This document shows positions 13,668-27,540 of a stretch of DNA of 64,000 nucleotides, piece by piece. Every line of letters begins with the position of its first letter. Position 1 is the first letter of the stretch. The stretch is taken from contig NC_087245.1 of assembly GCF_037042905.1 (NCBI RefSeq), positions 38,876,001 to 38,940,000 of the forward strand, given 5' to 3'. Origin of the DNA: Lytechinus pictus. Its lineage: Eukaryota. The notes beneath the pieces are model-generated. The model had not been told where the DNA came from. It saw only the letters and a list, made by a program, of their open reading frames with translations, and ran no database searches. Position numbers and translations under genes: made by a program.

Positions 13668-16600
13668 ATCAATCTAGTCGCAAACAGATTAAATGTGAAA
13701 TCACAGTGCTTGTCATTATTCCATCATTGTTAGACTTAGTATCATTATCAAGAAAAACATTAGAAATTAAAGGAACGTTTGGTGAAATGTTGAAGTCCAC
13801 AGTGTTATTCATATATATATGAGGGTGTGGTCCCTCACTGACAACAATGAATGAGCCCTATTAGCATTTTTCTTACACAGTGTATACTTCTGATGATTTT
13901 TTAAGAACATTAAATGTTTGCAAGATACATGAAAAGAAAGAGTATTCTGAACATGCCATTTTGTTTTGTTTCACATCACTAAAATCTTGATTTATATGTC
14001 TGAAATTATTAATTCTGCAATCGATTGTAAAAAAAAACATGAGAAAGCCTTTTATTTTCATATCAAAATTTTCCACTTTTATATTTTAGTATAATAAAAC
14101 CATGCATACTGTTTCGCTGGGGTCGCAAGAAACACAGATCATCAACGCAGCAGTAGATTAGTGATATTGAGCTAATTCGAGGAATATTATGTGATCATAA
14201 AGTGTTCATACCATTTTAGAACTCAGCAAACAATATGACACGAATGCACAGTCATAATCTTTACAGTTTGCTCCCAGAGAATGAAAAATAAAGATATTTG
14301 CTATCAAGGGTTAAAATCAAACAATCCCTCGATTGCAGCAGATATTTACAAGCAGTTGAAATCTGTTTTCAAGCCTATACATGATGGTTAGCTAAAAATA
14401 AAGTTCACAACCTGGTGTTCCTAGAAAAACAAATTAACTTGAGAAAATCAATCGATTGTAGAGCTGATTTGAGGTATGTCCTTTGTTTGAATTAAACATT
14501 TTACCTCATCTCTCACGTCAGGTATATCACTGTCAACTGTAAATTCACACAACTGCTGTTATCATTTATTCATACGATCATTATCTTTACATGTATTACC
14601 ATTAATTATCTTAATTATAACATTATTATTATTATCATAATTTATTTATTCATTCTTATTAGTAGTGTCAGTATCAGTTTTTTCCCCCAATCTAGGATTT
14701 TACAATGATAGAAATAATTACAATCATGGCTTACTCGCGACATTACGAGTATTGTTGCTGTTTTTTATTTTCATTGCTATTATTATCACCATTAAGTTTA
14801 TTATCATTATCAATATTATTATTGTTATTATCAATATTATTATTATTAATATCATATTTATTATTATTACTAATCTTATTATTATTATCCTTAGTTCAAC
14901 TGCTGTTGTTCTTATCATTTTTTTAATTACTATCATTAGTATTACTCCAATGATCATCTTTATCCTATTTGCATAATCACAAATACTCTTAATTCTATTT
15001 TCTTAATATCATTGTTATGATAGTAATTCATTATTACTATCATTATCATCATCAACATAATTATAATCATCCTCAGAATCATAATCATTGATTAAGAATG
15101 ATTGCGCTGTCTTCCTTAGATGTGAACCAACTGCAATCATTCCGTACTGTATGTGATTCAAATTAAGTTTCACCGACACAATTGTTTCTTAAATATTTAT
15201 AAATATTTTCATCATAGTACAATGCCAAAATGAAGAGTATAAAATTTTAAAACAACATGTCTCCTATGAAATGCCTATATTCGTAGATGATGCAAGATGC
15301 TAAATTACTCGGCAGAACAATCTAGAATGTGATGTCACCCTTATTTGCTTTGGATCTCCTCAACCCCCCCCCCCCCCGCTTTTCACCCACAGCCTATATC
15401 AACATCTCTCCCTACCTGTTTCCCCTTCTCTCTCTCTTTCTCCCTCTTCTCGTTCTTCCTCCAGTACCATTACCCCTGCTGAAAGCCTCAGCATCATTGG
15501 CATAAAACCAACATGTATCCAAATCCATCTAACTTATGACAAGCGGATGTCTTACATAACCATTTACCATGACGCAACTCGGAGATGACAACTTTTTTTT
15601 CCTGCCTTCTTCTGACTTTGGCAGAGGATTCATTTTACATTTCCAGAAACACACCCCATTGTGCATAATTTCCTATTTCAAATATTTGGTTAATTAATTA
15701 AACATGTGCATGGTATAAACATGGAATCGATAAGTCTTGTAAGCTTACACGGAAAGGAGAGTGACTGTTTGCAACATGTTAGGATCTGAACAGATATTGA
15801 TGTTCATGTGCAGTTTCAGAATAAGAATATTAAAAACTTGCAAGAATTGGATGATCGTCACATAAATTACATGTTATAAGTGATATCATTAGAGGTAAAG
15901 AATCATCAAAATGCATGTACATGTATGACACGAAAGAGCCAAGCAGGAAAGGAAATAAAACATTTTTAAACATGGTATGACAATACTAACTTAGCGTGAC
16001 AATCTACGCTGATAGCATTATTTCTATATCAGCACACTTAACATGAAAATTGATGATTGTAACACTCTAAACATCTGTGTGTTACAACTGAGAACAATTG
16101 GTGTCCCTAGAGGGCCACAACCTATAAGGTGTCAAAATTACACCCCAGACTTTGAACACAAAACTGAAGAGTGTTACCGTAACAAAAAAAGGTGTTGTAA
16201 TTAACACTGGATGCTGAACTAACACTGAATTCGACACCATGGCATATTTACTGGAGTGGCCCACTCTGCGCATTGGTTACCCAAGTTTCTGTAGTGTACT
16301 TTTTCTTTAGAATGCACTAAAGGCATATTTCATTCTCATTTCAATAAGTCAATCGAGCTGGTTCCTTCTAAAAATGGCAATCCAGTTATCAGTTTCTTGG
16401 CTTTCCTTTTATGGAATGGGCTTCTAAATACCACCCACAACCCTGATCTTTTATGTAAACTTATTTCCATCTTAGCATTGTTGCATGTTTTTCATCCGTT
16501 ATCATGACGTCAAAACCGTTTGCTTTGAAATCCGTTTTGTACGGTACTGTGTCTGAGCTGTGAGGTGCTGCATCGAGAGTCCTTCATATGTTGGGTGACG

Positions 16601-17175
16601 TCAGCCTAGTCTCAGATACCAGACTCCTTCACCCTGGATACGATAGGGAGTGACATCGTACATATAAAGGAAGCCAAACATTGTTTGTCCAATTAAAAGT
16701 GTTTTTCCCCCATATATACACAGTGCTTCACTGGATATCATCAATTGACGTAAATGTTTCAAGGTTTTAGACTAAACCTTCAAGAATCCTTCTGTGCTGC
16801 GGTGTATAAATAACTTGATTGATGTATGTTGTGCTGGGCAATTTTTGCATGAAAACAATTTCAATAACAACTGAACATCTACTGTTTTCTTTGTAAGAGT
16901 TCTTGTTTTGAATAAACAGATTTTGTAGTAATAGATTGAAAATACATGCATGTCTTTAAAAAAAAACACAATATAAACTTTTGACCTCCATATAACATTT
17001 CATTGCATTTTATTAGCATATTTCTCAGGCTCTAGGTATGCTGCTACTCCTGTATGATCATATAAAAATTATGTTAATTACCAAAAATTACAATTGTTCA
17101 TCTTGCGTCACAATTCATGATTGCCATAGTGTGTCATAATATATTAGTGTCAATTGATCATGTTCTGACAGTGTG

Positions 17176-17214
<39 letters not shown>

Positions 17215-17459
17215 ACAGTAGCAATAGATTACCATGTCTGCCAGTGTGTCAACCACTATGACAACTAAATGGTTGCAAGTTTATCATAATAACATGGATT
17301 AGCAAATTACAATGCTTGCTATGGTGTTTCCAAATGTTCTTTTTGACACTGGTTGCCAGTGTGTCACACTTTTCTATAATGGTGATTATTGTGTGTCATA
17401 AAATCCTAAAGTGGCACTGGCACATTGTGGTGGGACTGATTAGGGTATTGCAGCAAATT

Positions 17460-18690
17460 ATACTAAAGTAATGATTGCTTATCATAGTTGCCACAGTAAG
17501 TTATATTATCCTAAAGTACTAATTGCTTATCATGGTTGCCACAGTGACTTATACTATCCTAGAGTAGTGATTGCTTATCATGGTTGCCACAGTGTGTTAT
17601 ACTATCCTAAAGTAGTAATTCCATATCATGGTTGCCACAGTGTGTTATACTATCCTAGAGTAGCAATTGCTTATCATGGTTGCCACAGTGAATTATGCTA
17701 TCCTAGAGTAGCGATTGCTTATCATGGTAGCCACAGTGTGTTATGCTATCCTAGAGAAGCAATGTTTATCATGGTTGCCACAGTGTGTTATACTATCCTA
17801 ATTTAGCGATTGCTTATCATGGTTTCTACAGTGAGTTGTGCTATCCTAAAGTAGCGATTGCTTATCATGGTTGCCACAGTGTGTTATGCTATCCTAGAGA
17901 AGCGATTGCTTATCATGGTTGCCACAGTGTGTTATACTATCCTAGAGAAGCAATTGCTTATCATGGTTGCCACAGTGTGTTACATGTATACTATCCTAAT
18001 TTAGCGATTGCTTATCATGGTTGCCACAGTGTGTTATACTATCCTAGAGAAGTGATTGCTTATCATGGTTGCCACAGAGTGTTATACTATCCTAAAGTAG
18101 CGATTGTTAATCATGGTTGCCACAGTGTGTTATACTATCCTAGAGAAGTGATTGCTTATCATGGTTGCCACAGTGTGTTATACCATCCTAGAGTAGCGAT
18201 TGCTTATCATGGTTGCCACAGTGTGTTATACTATCCTAAAGTAGCAATTGCTTATCATGGTTGACACAGTGTATTATACTATCCTAGAGTAGTGATTGTT
18301 ACCATAGTTGCCACAGAGTGTTATACTATCCTAAAGTAGCAATTGCTTATCATAGTTGCCACAGTGTGTTATACTATCCTAGAGAAGTGATTGCTTATCA
18401 TGGTTGCCACAGTGTGTTATACCATCCTAGAGTAGCGATTGCTTATCATGGTTGCCACAGTGTGTTACTATCCTAAAGTAGCAATTGCTTATCATGGTTG
18501 ACACAGTGTGTTATACTATCCTAGAGTAGCGATTGCTTATCATGGTTGCCAGTGTGTTATACTATCCTAGAGTAGTGATTGTTACCATAGTTGCCACAGT
18601 GTGTTATACTATCCTAGAGTAGTGATTGTTACCATAGTTGCCACAGTGTGTTATACTATCCTAAAGTAGTGATTGCTTATCATGGTTGTC
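17460..18690. repeat. 48-bp minisatellite, about 25 copies, with degenerate flanking copies
   Basis: Consensus attgcttatcatggttgccacagtgtgttatactatcctagagtagcg, head-to-tail with no spacers. Confidence 0.97.
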
Positions 18691-21517
18691 ACATCATGTC
18701 ACAATTTCCTACATTTGAAGATTACTAACATGAATCGTTATCTCACTATGATAGCAAATTGTAGTAAAATTAATTTGTGGTTATGAAATACCAGTACAAC
18801 AATATATTTCTTGGTAACCATAGTATGCAATCATTAATGATAATTAGATTCAAGCATATAATTTTACCACAGTGATTACAAAAATAATCAAAAGCATTGT
18901 ATGTATAATGTTATAAGCACAGTAATGGCATATATTATCATTTGTAGAACCTACATTAATCTCATGATCATTTTCAACACAGTTCTAAGAGACAAAGTTT
19001 CCCAGAAAACAGAGTTTGGTCCTTTTTGTTACTTCTTTTGGGCACATATCACAACGTTTCACTCATTCTATCAAAGCCACAGTGTGGTGCACATCACATT
19101 GTTTAGAAATACGGTATATCAACAACAAGTGAATTAAGCAGCAATGGTAATTTGAATTAGTATGCTAGAATGACAGGTAAAGTTATTTCCCTCAATATAC
19201 AGAAAGTTATGACACACAAGAAGTTGATGTAAGAGTTCATTGTACACACAAACACACACACACATATATATATACATGTAGCTAAATATTTCGTAAATGT
19301 TATAACCTGTTAACTTTTCTTTTTTCAACACTGTAGAATAAAGATAGCATGATTTATCACACATCAAAACTTTAATTTATTAGTTTTGATATATTGTGTA
19401 GTATTGTGATATCTATATTTTTTTTTTACATATTTCATCGACTTTAAGGCACAGTTTGTTTCATTAAACACCTGTTGATTAAAAGGACACTAAAGGGTTT
19501 ACTAACTAACGGGGTACAGATAAATATCCACAATGGGTTTACATGGCAATATATAGAAAGTCATTTCCCGTGAAGACAAATAAATTTGAGCTTTTTACCC
19601 TTTTAAAGGTTTTTTTCATTTTAGATGGTTGGTTGCCTTAGTTGCCTGCTATATTTTTTCTATTCAAAATAGAATTTATAGATTTCAAAATTGTCTGTTT
19701 TGTAAGCTTTGCAAGAATTAAAATGTTCATCATCTGAAAATGCTGTTTCTTCAAAATTTTCAACAAAAGATATGAGTAAAAGAAAACAAAATGATCATAA
19801 TGATTTTTGACTAAACATTGTGCTTTCAGAATAATTATAATAAACTGTGCCAAAAAATATCCAATATTGGGCTGATTTCATAATGATTATGATAAATAGT
19901 AGAAACTAGACGGGATACAATAAATGGTTTAAAAATATGGGTATCACTTAGGAAGAGGGTTATCTACACTACACCCAGTTAGTATTTCTAAAACTAAAAC
20001 TTCCGGTTATAATTTTTTTTTTAACTGTACCTCTGATCTGCCGGTGCCTTTATCGGGTGATGGCTATGTAAGCGTTAGATGAAAGAATAAAAGAAAGAGA
20101 GATACTGGTATAGTTCCTCAATGTATACCTGACTACTGTGGTGTTAAAAACACCAATAGTCAGTGTTCTGAGAGGAGGAACACACCCAATGTGTTAAATT
20201 TACACCCTTAGTTTGAACTTAAAACCAAATAGTGTTAAATTGAATAAAAGAATGTGTTACAATAATACCAAAAGGTGTTATAATAACACCAAAAGGTGTT
20301 GAACAAACACCATGAAATAGACACTGGTGTAAAATGCTTGGTGCTATCCTCTCAGAACAGGTGGCAGGGCCTATATTTTTAACATTATAGGCCTAACTTT
20401 ACAGTGTACAGTGTATACTGTAAAACTGTATTAACCTAATTGTATTTGCAAGGGTCATCACATTAAAAAACCCTTATTTCTTCTCAAGCAGGCTTATAAT
20501 GCCACTGCTTTTGAGAATCAAATCACAATGTTACATGGATGATAGATACTGCCATTCGAGTATTCAGTTATCACTCAGATAAAATTCTCTTTGTCTTAAC
20601 TCACAGTTGTAAAACAAATACCAGTGCCCCAAATAATATTATGTGCAGTACACAACATGCTTCAAATTAACGTTCATGCACCATCAATATTTTCAAATTT
20701 ACATAACAAACCCAAACACTTAATAATTTTCATTACATCATCATATTCAAGCAAATGATATTAAATGGGCATAAAATAATAATGATATTTCATGATTCAT
20801 AATAATAACTTGAGAAGATAAAGTATCTGAATTGATTTGTTGGGTATACATGTGTAGCTATTGTATTTCACAATACAGATAGAGTTGTGTTTAAACAATA
20901 AAGGTATTGAGAATGATACATTTTATTTTTTCATGTAATATAAATGAAAGGCACTGGCCAAAATAACAATAAATAATACAAAAAGGATGCTTAAACAAAG
21001 TAATAAAATCAATATAAAATGCAAAGAGCAAAATTATAAAAAAAAACATTGATTTTTTTGCCGCTATATAACAGACTATACATTTCATCAAACATATATT
21101 TAGAAAGCATGAAATCTCAAATAATTAGTTTTTGTGGTTCACATATTAAAATAAAAATGAATAGAATATTCAGCCAATCGTACAGGATTCCATGCATCCC
21201 CCACAAACATCTAAGAGGAATCGTTATAATCCTTTCACATAAAAAAGCACGTAAATGCCCTTTTGCATGGTTTGATAGTCATTCATTTCCTTTTTCATTT
21301 TCAAACCATTTTCAATCCATTTCACTTACTTTTGTTTTCATTTTCTTGACAGGATTTTCAATGACAGGGTTCATCATCACAAATCAAAATGATCAAAAAT
21401 ATCAAAAATTCTATCATTGTTGAGTTTTTTAAAGAACTTCTCAAAAGCCTTTTATAGAAATCTTAGCTCTTTATGCGCCTTGAGGAATGTATATATTATT
21501 ATTCCCTCTCTGAAATT

Positions 21518-21828
21518 ATAAAGAATCAAAGCGATGACATCACAAAAACATATTTTGCATTTCAGCATTTCTTTAATTCCATATTTTGGTAGAGCATGAT
21601 AAAATACCTCCACAACCCGAATTTGGTGGGGATCGGTCCATGGGGATCCAAGATATGACCTCATGAATACATAATTAGCTCCACTGAAGTCAATGTATTA
21701 TTTGCCTGGATCTTAACATTTAGAACCGGGAGAGGGTTGTGGAGGTCTTTCATCACCTTTCGAAATGCGGTACCAAATATGCTGAAATGCAAAATTTGAA
21801 AATTGATGTCACACTTTGGTTTACTGTC
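21518..21828. mobile_element. Palindromic MITE-like element about 60 bp from the zinc-finger exon donor
   Basis: Inverted arms gatgacatcac...ttttgcatttcagcat and atgctgaaatgcaaaa...tgatgtcac. Confidence 0.6.
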
Positions 21829-21887
21829 GACCAACAATTCCACCCCGACCAAGATACTGAAATTAGGGTGGGGGGAGAGAGACCTAC

Positions 21888-22095
21888 CTTATTGGATCTT
21901 AAAGTGACACGCCCACCGCACCTGGCACATGACTTAAGATTGCAGTAGTTGCAGGAGTGGCCCACCCCATCGGCAAACTTAGTTTTGTGACAGATTTGAC
22001 AGACTGCCCCGTTCTGCTGCATGTTCTTGACTTTATTCTCCTCCGTGATGACCTTGACTGTCTGCTCTGCCTTGCTGATGTCATCCTGCAACGAT
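21888..22095 (-). CDS. RIMS: RIM/UNC-10 family internal exon encoding most of the zinc finger (Munc13-binding region)
   Basis: Minus strand: acceptor ttttttcttctgcag|A TCG..., donor AAG|gtaggt. 208 nt, phase 2 in and phase 0 out. Translation SLQDDISKAEQTVKVITEENKVKNMQQNGAVCQICHKTKFADGVGHSCNYCNLKSCARCGGRVTLRSNK matches the RIM zinc-finger motif C..CHKTKFADG.GH.C.YC...CARCGGRV.LRSN recalled from RIM1/2. Confidence 0.95.
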
Positions 22096-23136
22096 CTGCA
22101 GAAGAAAAAAAGAGAGGATAAGAATTTATTCAACCCGTTGCACGCTGACATTACAATCTTGAACATTTGTACAATTAAATTCAACAATCTTAATAATTAG
22201 TTTTCTCCCTTACCTTCAAATAAGATAAGCAAATAAAAGACAATAGTTCTTGGATAACATCTATATAATAATAATAAGTATCAATGGTGCGATATGGAAA
22301 TCTTGAATTAAAGAATATAACATGGAAACAATTGACATTATCATCCCCCTAAAATTAATTCAGCATGCGAAGAGTTAAAATTTCATCTGAACGATATTCC
22401 ATTATGTGCTACATCTCCTGATTTGTGTTTATATTGTCTACAATTATGTTTATTCCTGTTTATATTTGTACTACTTTATCTTGTCTGCCATTTAATATAT
22501 ATGTATATTGTTTTTATTGTGCAAGGCCCTCAGTGATAGCAGTTTGTCAACTGAAAAGCCTAAGAAAAGCTTATTTAACTCTGTAAATGTAAAAGAGCTA
22601 ATCTGGTCCCTAATCAAACTCCTCTCAGCATGAGAAAGTGGACCAGTTTTAGAGTGGGATTCACATCTTTTGAGAGTGCATTCTAGCTCTTTCTGGAGTG
22701 AACACAGTATATTTCTAGACATTTTCACTCTAGAATGAGCTATAATGCACTCTCAAAAGATGTAAATCCCACTCCAAAATGACTGGTCCATCATCTAATT
22801 CCAGGAGGAGTGTGATTAGGACCAGAATAGCTCTTTTGCATTTAAAGTGTATATTTGATGTAAAGCCAATCAAAATGGTAATCAAAATTTCATATCAATG
22901 TGTGAAGTTGGCTGATACTGCTTAGACAATCTGCTGGTATTACTCATACCCTAAAAATACATACATTACTCAAATGATATCAATCATTATCATCAATTAT
23001 TAAAAGAGCAGGGGGAAAGAAAATCAAAGAGAGGAAATAAGGGCAAAATTGGAAGGAAAAAAATTAAAACAAATTTCAGAATGGCGAGAAAGACTAAACT
23101 ATAATTCATCATCCACTTGATTATGTCATTTAATTA

Positions 23137-23150
23137 GTTACCATGGCGAC
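23137..23150. promoter_or_regulatory. RFX X-box-like site GTTACCATGGCGAC adjacent to TAATTA
   Basis: One mismatch from GTNRCC-NN-RGYAAC. About 1 kb upstream of the zinc-finger exon in gene orientation. Confidence 0.35.
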
Positions 23151-23384
23151 TATACAAACAACAGTTTCATGTGTACAACATACAAGGTATGTATATAGAG
23201 ATGAGAGGTACATATATATGCCATGCAATTACAGATTAGACCTTGGACTATGCCCATTTGTCATGCTTATTATATGATGTGTTCTGCTAATAACAGTTAG
23301 CTATTGCTAGATCACAACTCGTCATGTAGGGTAGATAATACACATGTCATACCAGATATGGACCTAGTTAAATGAACTCTTTAA

Positions 23385-23690
23385 AGGGTGCACGTGCCAC
23401 CCCAACAAAAAGCTGATTTTGATCAAAGGAGAAGAAAAAAATCTAAACACTGAAAATTTCATCGAAATCGGATGTGAAAATTTAAAAAAAGTCATGAAAT
23501 TTGAGATTTTCCTTATGTGCACATCCTGGTTGGTATGCAAATAAGAGAACTGGTGATGTCAATCTAGGGTATATATTATTCGGTTTGTATTTCATTATAT
23601 GAAATATGAATTTCTTTAAGTTTTTCATCATTATAATGAGAAAAAGAGTTGATTTTTTTTCTGAAAAAAGTAGAAATGCGATGTGGTATA
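23385..23690 (+). mobile_element. Truncated TTAA-AGG (Kolobok-like) MITE left end
   Basis: TTAA|AGGGTGCACGTGCCACCCCAACAAAAAG... with an aaatttcatcgaaatcggatg motif like the other TTAA-AGG families here. No right end seen. Confidence 0.5.
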
Positions 23691-24159
23691 ATGAAGAATT
23701 TCATGGTCAACTCTGAAAATATTCTTGTCAGATACTACTATACAAAAATTACTCTCTATATTCCATCCATTCTTCTTCCAATGACCTCCTTCAACAAAAA
23801 ACACACATTGGATGTGGGCATTAATTCATCTCGACAAAACAGCAATAGGCCATATAGGCCTTGTTCTTTTTTACCATCTTCACTATCCATTCCTCCCACA
23901 TAATAGCACTCCTACCCATACACAGCTTGTCTATTCAATGACCAATGCATAATTAATGAGTCGATGTGCGCAGCTACAGTGGCGTCCCGACGTTTGTATT
24001 ATGTACATGTAGTAGAGTGTATAGGTATTTGACAAAGAGGGTGAACTGTTTTATTTGACCTGGTGCGTAAGTTAAGATCTATGAATCTATTCTGTCGGAA
24101 GATGCACCCCAAAAACATGTGCCCCCGGTAGAGGAATGCCCCTTTGGTCACTTCTGTAG

Positions 24160-24275
24160 TCTACGGGTTGTGAATCACAAGGTCCGAGGTTCAAATCCTA
24201 CCGCGGCACTTGCGTCTTTTGGCAAGACATTTATCAACATTTTCCACTCTCCATTCAAGCGAAGTAATTGGGCTT
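24160..24275 (+). mobile_element. Degenerate tRNA-derived SINE fragment
   Basis: B-box-like GGTTCAAATCC followed by a ggcact..ttggcaagacattt..ccactctcca core. Confidence 0.5.
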
Positions 24276-24838
24276 TTTAAAAATTATTGAATAACCCACA
24301 ACACTTAGAAACAAGGCATTAAGTGCCTAATCGATGTTGAACATTAGATAACAGTGAAAGTGGTGATTGCAATTCTTTCAATTACATCTTAGAATCATAT
24401 AAACACCTTAATTACAATTATTAAAAGAATACACAAATTACATAACCATACAAGTGTGAGCTAGGTTTTAAAATCTTGATCATAACATGATATCTGGAGG
24501 CTTTTGATGGCACTAAGTTGTTTGTTAACGTCTTAGCAGCTTTCATAGGTGCCCTCCAGATATCTCAATCATATTGAAACTCATCAGCTAAAATAAAGAT
24601 CTGATTTAAAATAGTTTAGCGATTATAATTATCTGAATGCAGAGTTTACAATTTGTCAAAATTTATTGAGGGTTATACACTACTTGAAAATTGGGATAAT
24701 CTCATTTAATACAAGAACAGGAGTCCGATGCATATTAAAAGAAAAAGTCTGCCAATTTTTTTTTTTAATATGTAAGTGTAAATGGCATAAATTTTGTTTG
24801 CCAGAGTTTTTGGCAAAAATTTTCTGCAACAGGCTCCA

Positions 24839-25102
24839 GGGGCCCGTCTGATAAAGAGTTATGATTGATCCAATTAATTGTAACTCTATGGAAATCCATC
24901 AGTGTCATAATTTATCCTGCAGGAAATTTGCAACATGTCCTTTGTAAACAAAGGAGAACACACCAAATTGTCAAGAAGTCAATGAATTTATGGAAATACA
25001 TTCCTATCTAAATTTTCATTTTGAACAAACATGTATTTTATATGTTGACTTTGCTGGCTTTCCATAGTTACGATTGATCGCAACTCTTTGTAAGACAGGC
25101 CC
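24839..25102 (+). mobile_element. About 265-bp MITE with GGGCCCGTCTTACAAAGAGTT TIRs (possibly Harbinger/Tourist-like); copies at 28101-28370 (+) and 35191-35439 (-)
   Basis: Three alignable copies with terminal inverted repeats. Confidence 0.8.
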
Positions 25103-26489
25103 AAGATCACCAGTCATATGTAAAGTCTGAGGAACAGCTTTATGAAAACTGGTATATCATGTTAATTCAACTTGGTCCCCCTTTCTTTCTCTCCATTTCT
25201 CCTATATATTTTTTTCCTACCACAGGTACTCTGCATTAGCCCGTTGTGTTTCTGAGTACAATGCCCACTGAGGTGCATCCCTAGCTATGCCCCTACTTTC
25301 AAAACAAATCAATACCAAGTAATCAATAATATACATGTAGAAGCAGTGTTAGATGAAAGTCTGGGATAGACAGGTATCCTAAAAGGAAGAATGAATCGCA
25401 TTAATTATTCAACTTTATCCACAAGGGGGTCGTTTATAATGTTCTATAATGAATTTGTCAGTGCTGATAATGTCGTCAGATTAAGATTAAATCAGTGAGG
25501 CTAATCCGAAGATGATTAAGCATGTTCAGTTTAAATTCATTGTCAGATAAATTGAAATGTTTTATCTGTATCATAAAATATGTATTGTCAGATGAATCAT
25601 AAAGCACATATTGTGTGACAGACTCAACTCAAGATCTGATACAGGTGAAGTATCTAATTCAAATGTCCAAAATTAACAAAATATGGTTCCTGATGAAAAT
25701 TTCAGGTTACAATTTTCCATATAGCTATATGATATGCAATTGGTATAGTACATGTGTTTGGAGATCTTGTATTAGGAACAATATTTTAATGACAGAGGAT
25801 GTACATTTACAATCTAATAAAAAGTTCATCAAAAATAAAAAGATATCAATACATTAATATTTCTTAAAATGAATGAATGGCTGAATTCAATCCAACTAAA
25901 GAAGACAAATAATGAACATTTTTAAATGTTTCTATTTCAAGCAATTTGCTTATAATGACAATCCTGCTAATTGTAAATGTTATATATACTAAAACAACAA
26001 AATGTATGCAAAATAGATCTGATTACATGGAACTATTCGTATCAAGGACAAATATGATGTACTCAACCTCTTATAGTGCTGTATATAATGTCATTGGGAA
26101 TACATATATATATTATGATGCACAAGTTGAAAATGAGATGGAGATATGTTGAGGTAGGAAACGGAGGTGATATTGTTTGATATTAGATGTCATGTTTGGG
26201 TAGCCTGCGTAAGAGGGAAGGGCACTGTTCCAAATGAATGCCACATTTTGATCAAGGCCAGCGCGCAGAACAGCATGACCAGTGACGCCATTACATCTTA
26301 TCCATTTAAATAGAGAGAGAGATAGAGATGCAGGGATAGAGAGGCAAAGATGGACAGAAAGAAAACTACAAGTGTACTACAAGTTAAATAGAAGGTGAGG
26401 AGAGAAAGAAACAAAGAGCAAGATTACGAAAGACAGTAGAAAAGTTACAAAATGCATTAATTGACCCCTTTCCCCTTCTTTAGCCTAGT

Positions 26490-26830
26490 TATCTCCTTCT
26501 CCTCATACTTCTCCGCCTCATCCTTCTCCTACTCTTCCTTCTTCTTCTCCTCCTCCATCTGCTCCTCTTCCTCCACCTCATCCTTCTCCTCCTCATTCTC
26601 CTCCTGCTCCTCCTTCTCTGCCTCATCCTTCTTCTCCTCCTGCTCCTCCTCCACCTCATCCTTCTCCTACTCCTCCTCCTCCTTTCCTCCTTCTCCTTTT
26701 CTCCTGCTCCTCTTCCTCTGCCTAATCCTTCTCCTCCTTCTCTTCCTCTGTATTCTTCTTCTTCTCCTCCCTCTTATCCTGCTCCCCTTCTCCTCCCCCT
26801 TCACCTCATACTTCTCCTCCTCCTCCTCGC
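26490..26830. repeat. Degenerate (TCC/TCT)n trinucleotide tract
   Basis: Directly visible. It produces the spurious poly-Ser ORF. Confidence 0.9.
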
Positions 26831-27540
26831 AGACATACCCTGCATTAACCCACGATCCCTTTATGTTTACAGGCAGTGCAACACATACCAAGAATATGTA
26901 AAGCTTAGAAAGGACTCCTCGCTGAAAAAGAAAAATACCCTATCATGAAATATAAATGAATATGAAAAAACAATCTGGGAGAGCAAAACGACATTCTTTA
27001 TCCCTTTTCATTCATCATGTCATATCATTACCATCACCACCACCACCACCACTTGGCCGTCATCACCACCACCACCGTTACCACACCCCCACTTCCTTGC
27101 CAGACGCTCATCAATTACTCTGAAAGTGTTGGATTGCTCACATGCAGTCAATGTACTTGCAGATAAAGGGAGAGGTTCGCTAACCAAAATCAGTAGTGTG
27201 ATAATGTACTTTTGCACGCATGGGCAATATCCAGAGGAACTTAACTCATCTTCTACAAGCGACCCCCGCCCCACCCTCAGAGCACTTAATATAGAGGTAC
27301 GGGGAGGGGGGTGGGGGGTTATGGGGAGATCATACACATAAAGAGATGGATAGAATGGGAAAGGATTAAAGATAAAAAGAGTGGGGGCAAAAAATATGCA
27401 GAGATGAATGGGCAGATGAATATGCCTCCATATTTTCCTTTATTGATGTTTTGTAAAAATTTAGATTACGCTTATGTTTTGTCATACCTTCCATTTGGTT
27501 GTATTTGAATGTTTTGCTCTATAAAAAAAAATAAAAAAAA

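Noticed and set aside
17471..18264. ORFs encoding (IAYHGCHSVLYYPRVA)n, a His/Cys/Tyr-rich repeat protein; also a CRISPR-like look
   Set aside because: The 48-bp unit is a multiple of 3, so open frames are expected. Frameshifting units and a TGA break them. Units are contiguous with no spacers, and there are no cas genes.
21753..22187. 144-aa ORF as a standalone gene
   Set aside because: Only 21888-22095 is RIM-like and bounded by splice sites. The flanks are intron and MITE sequence.
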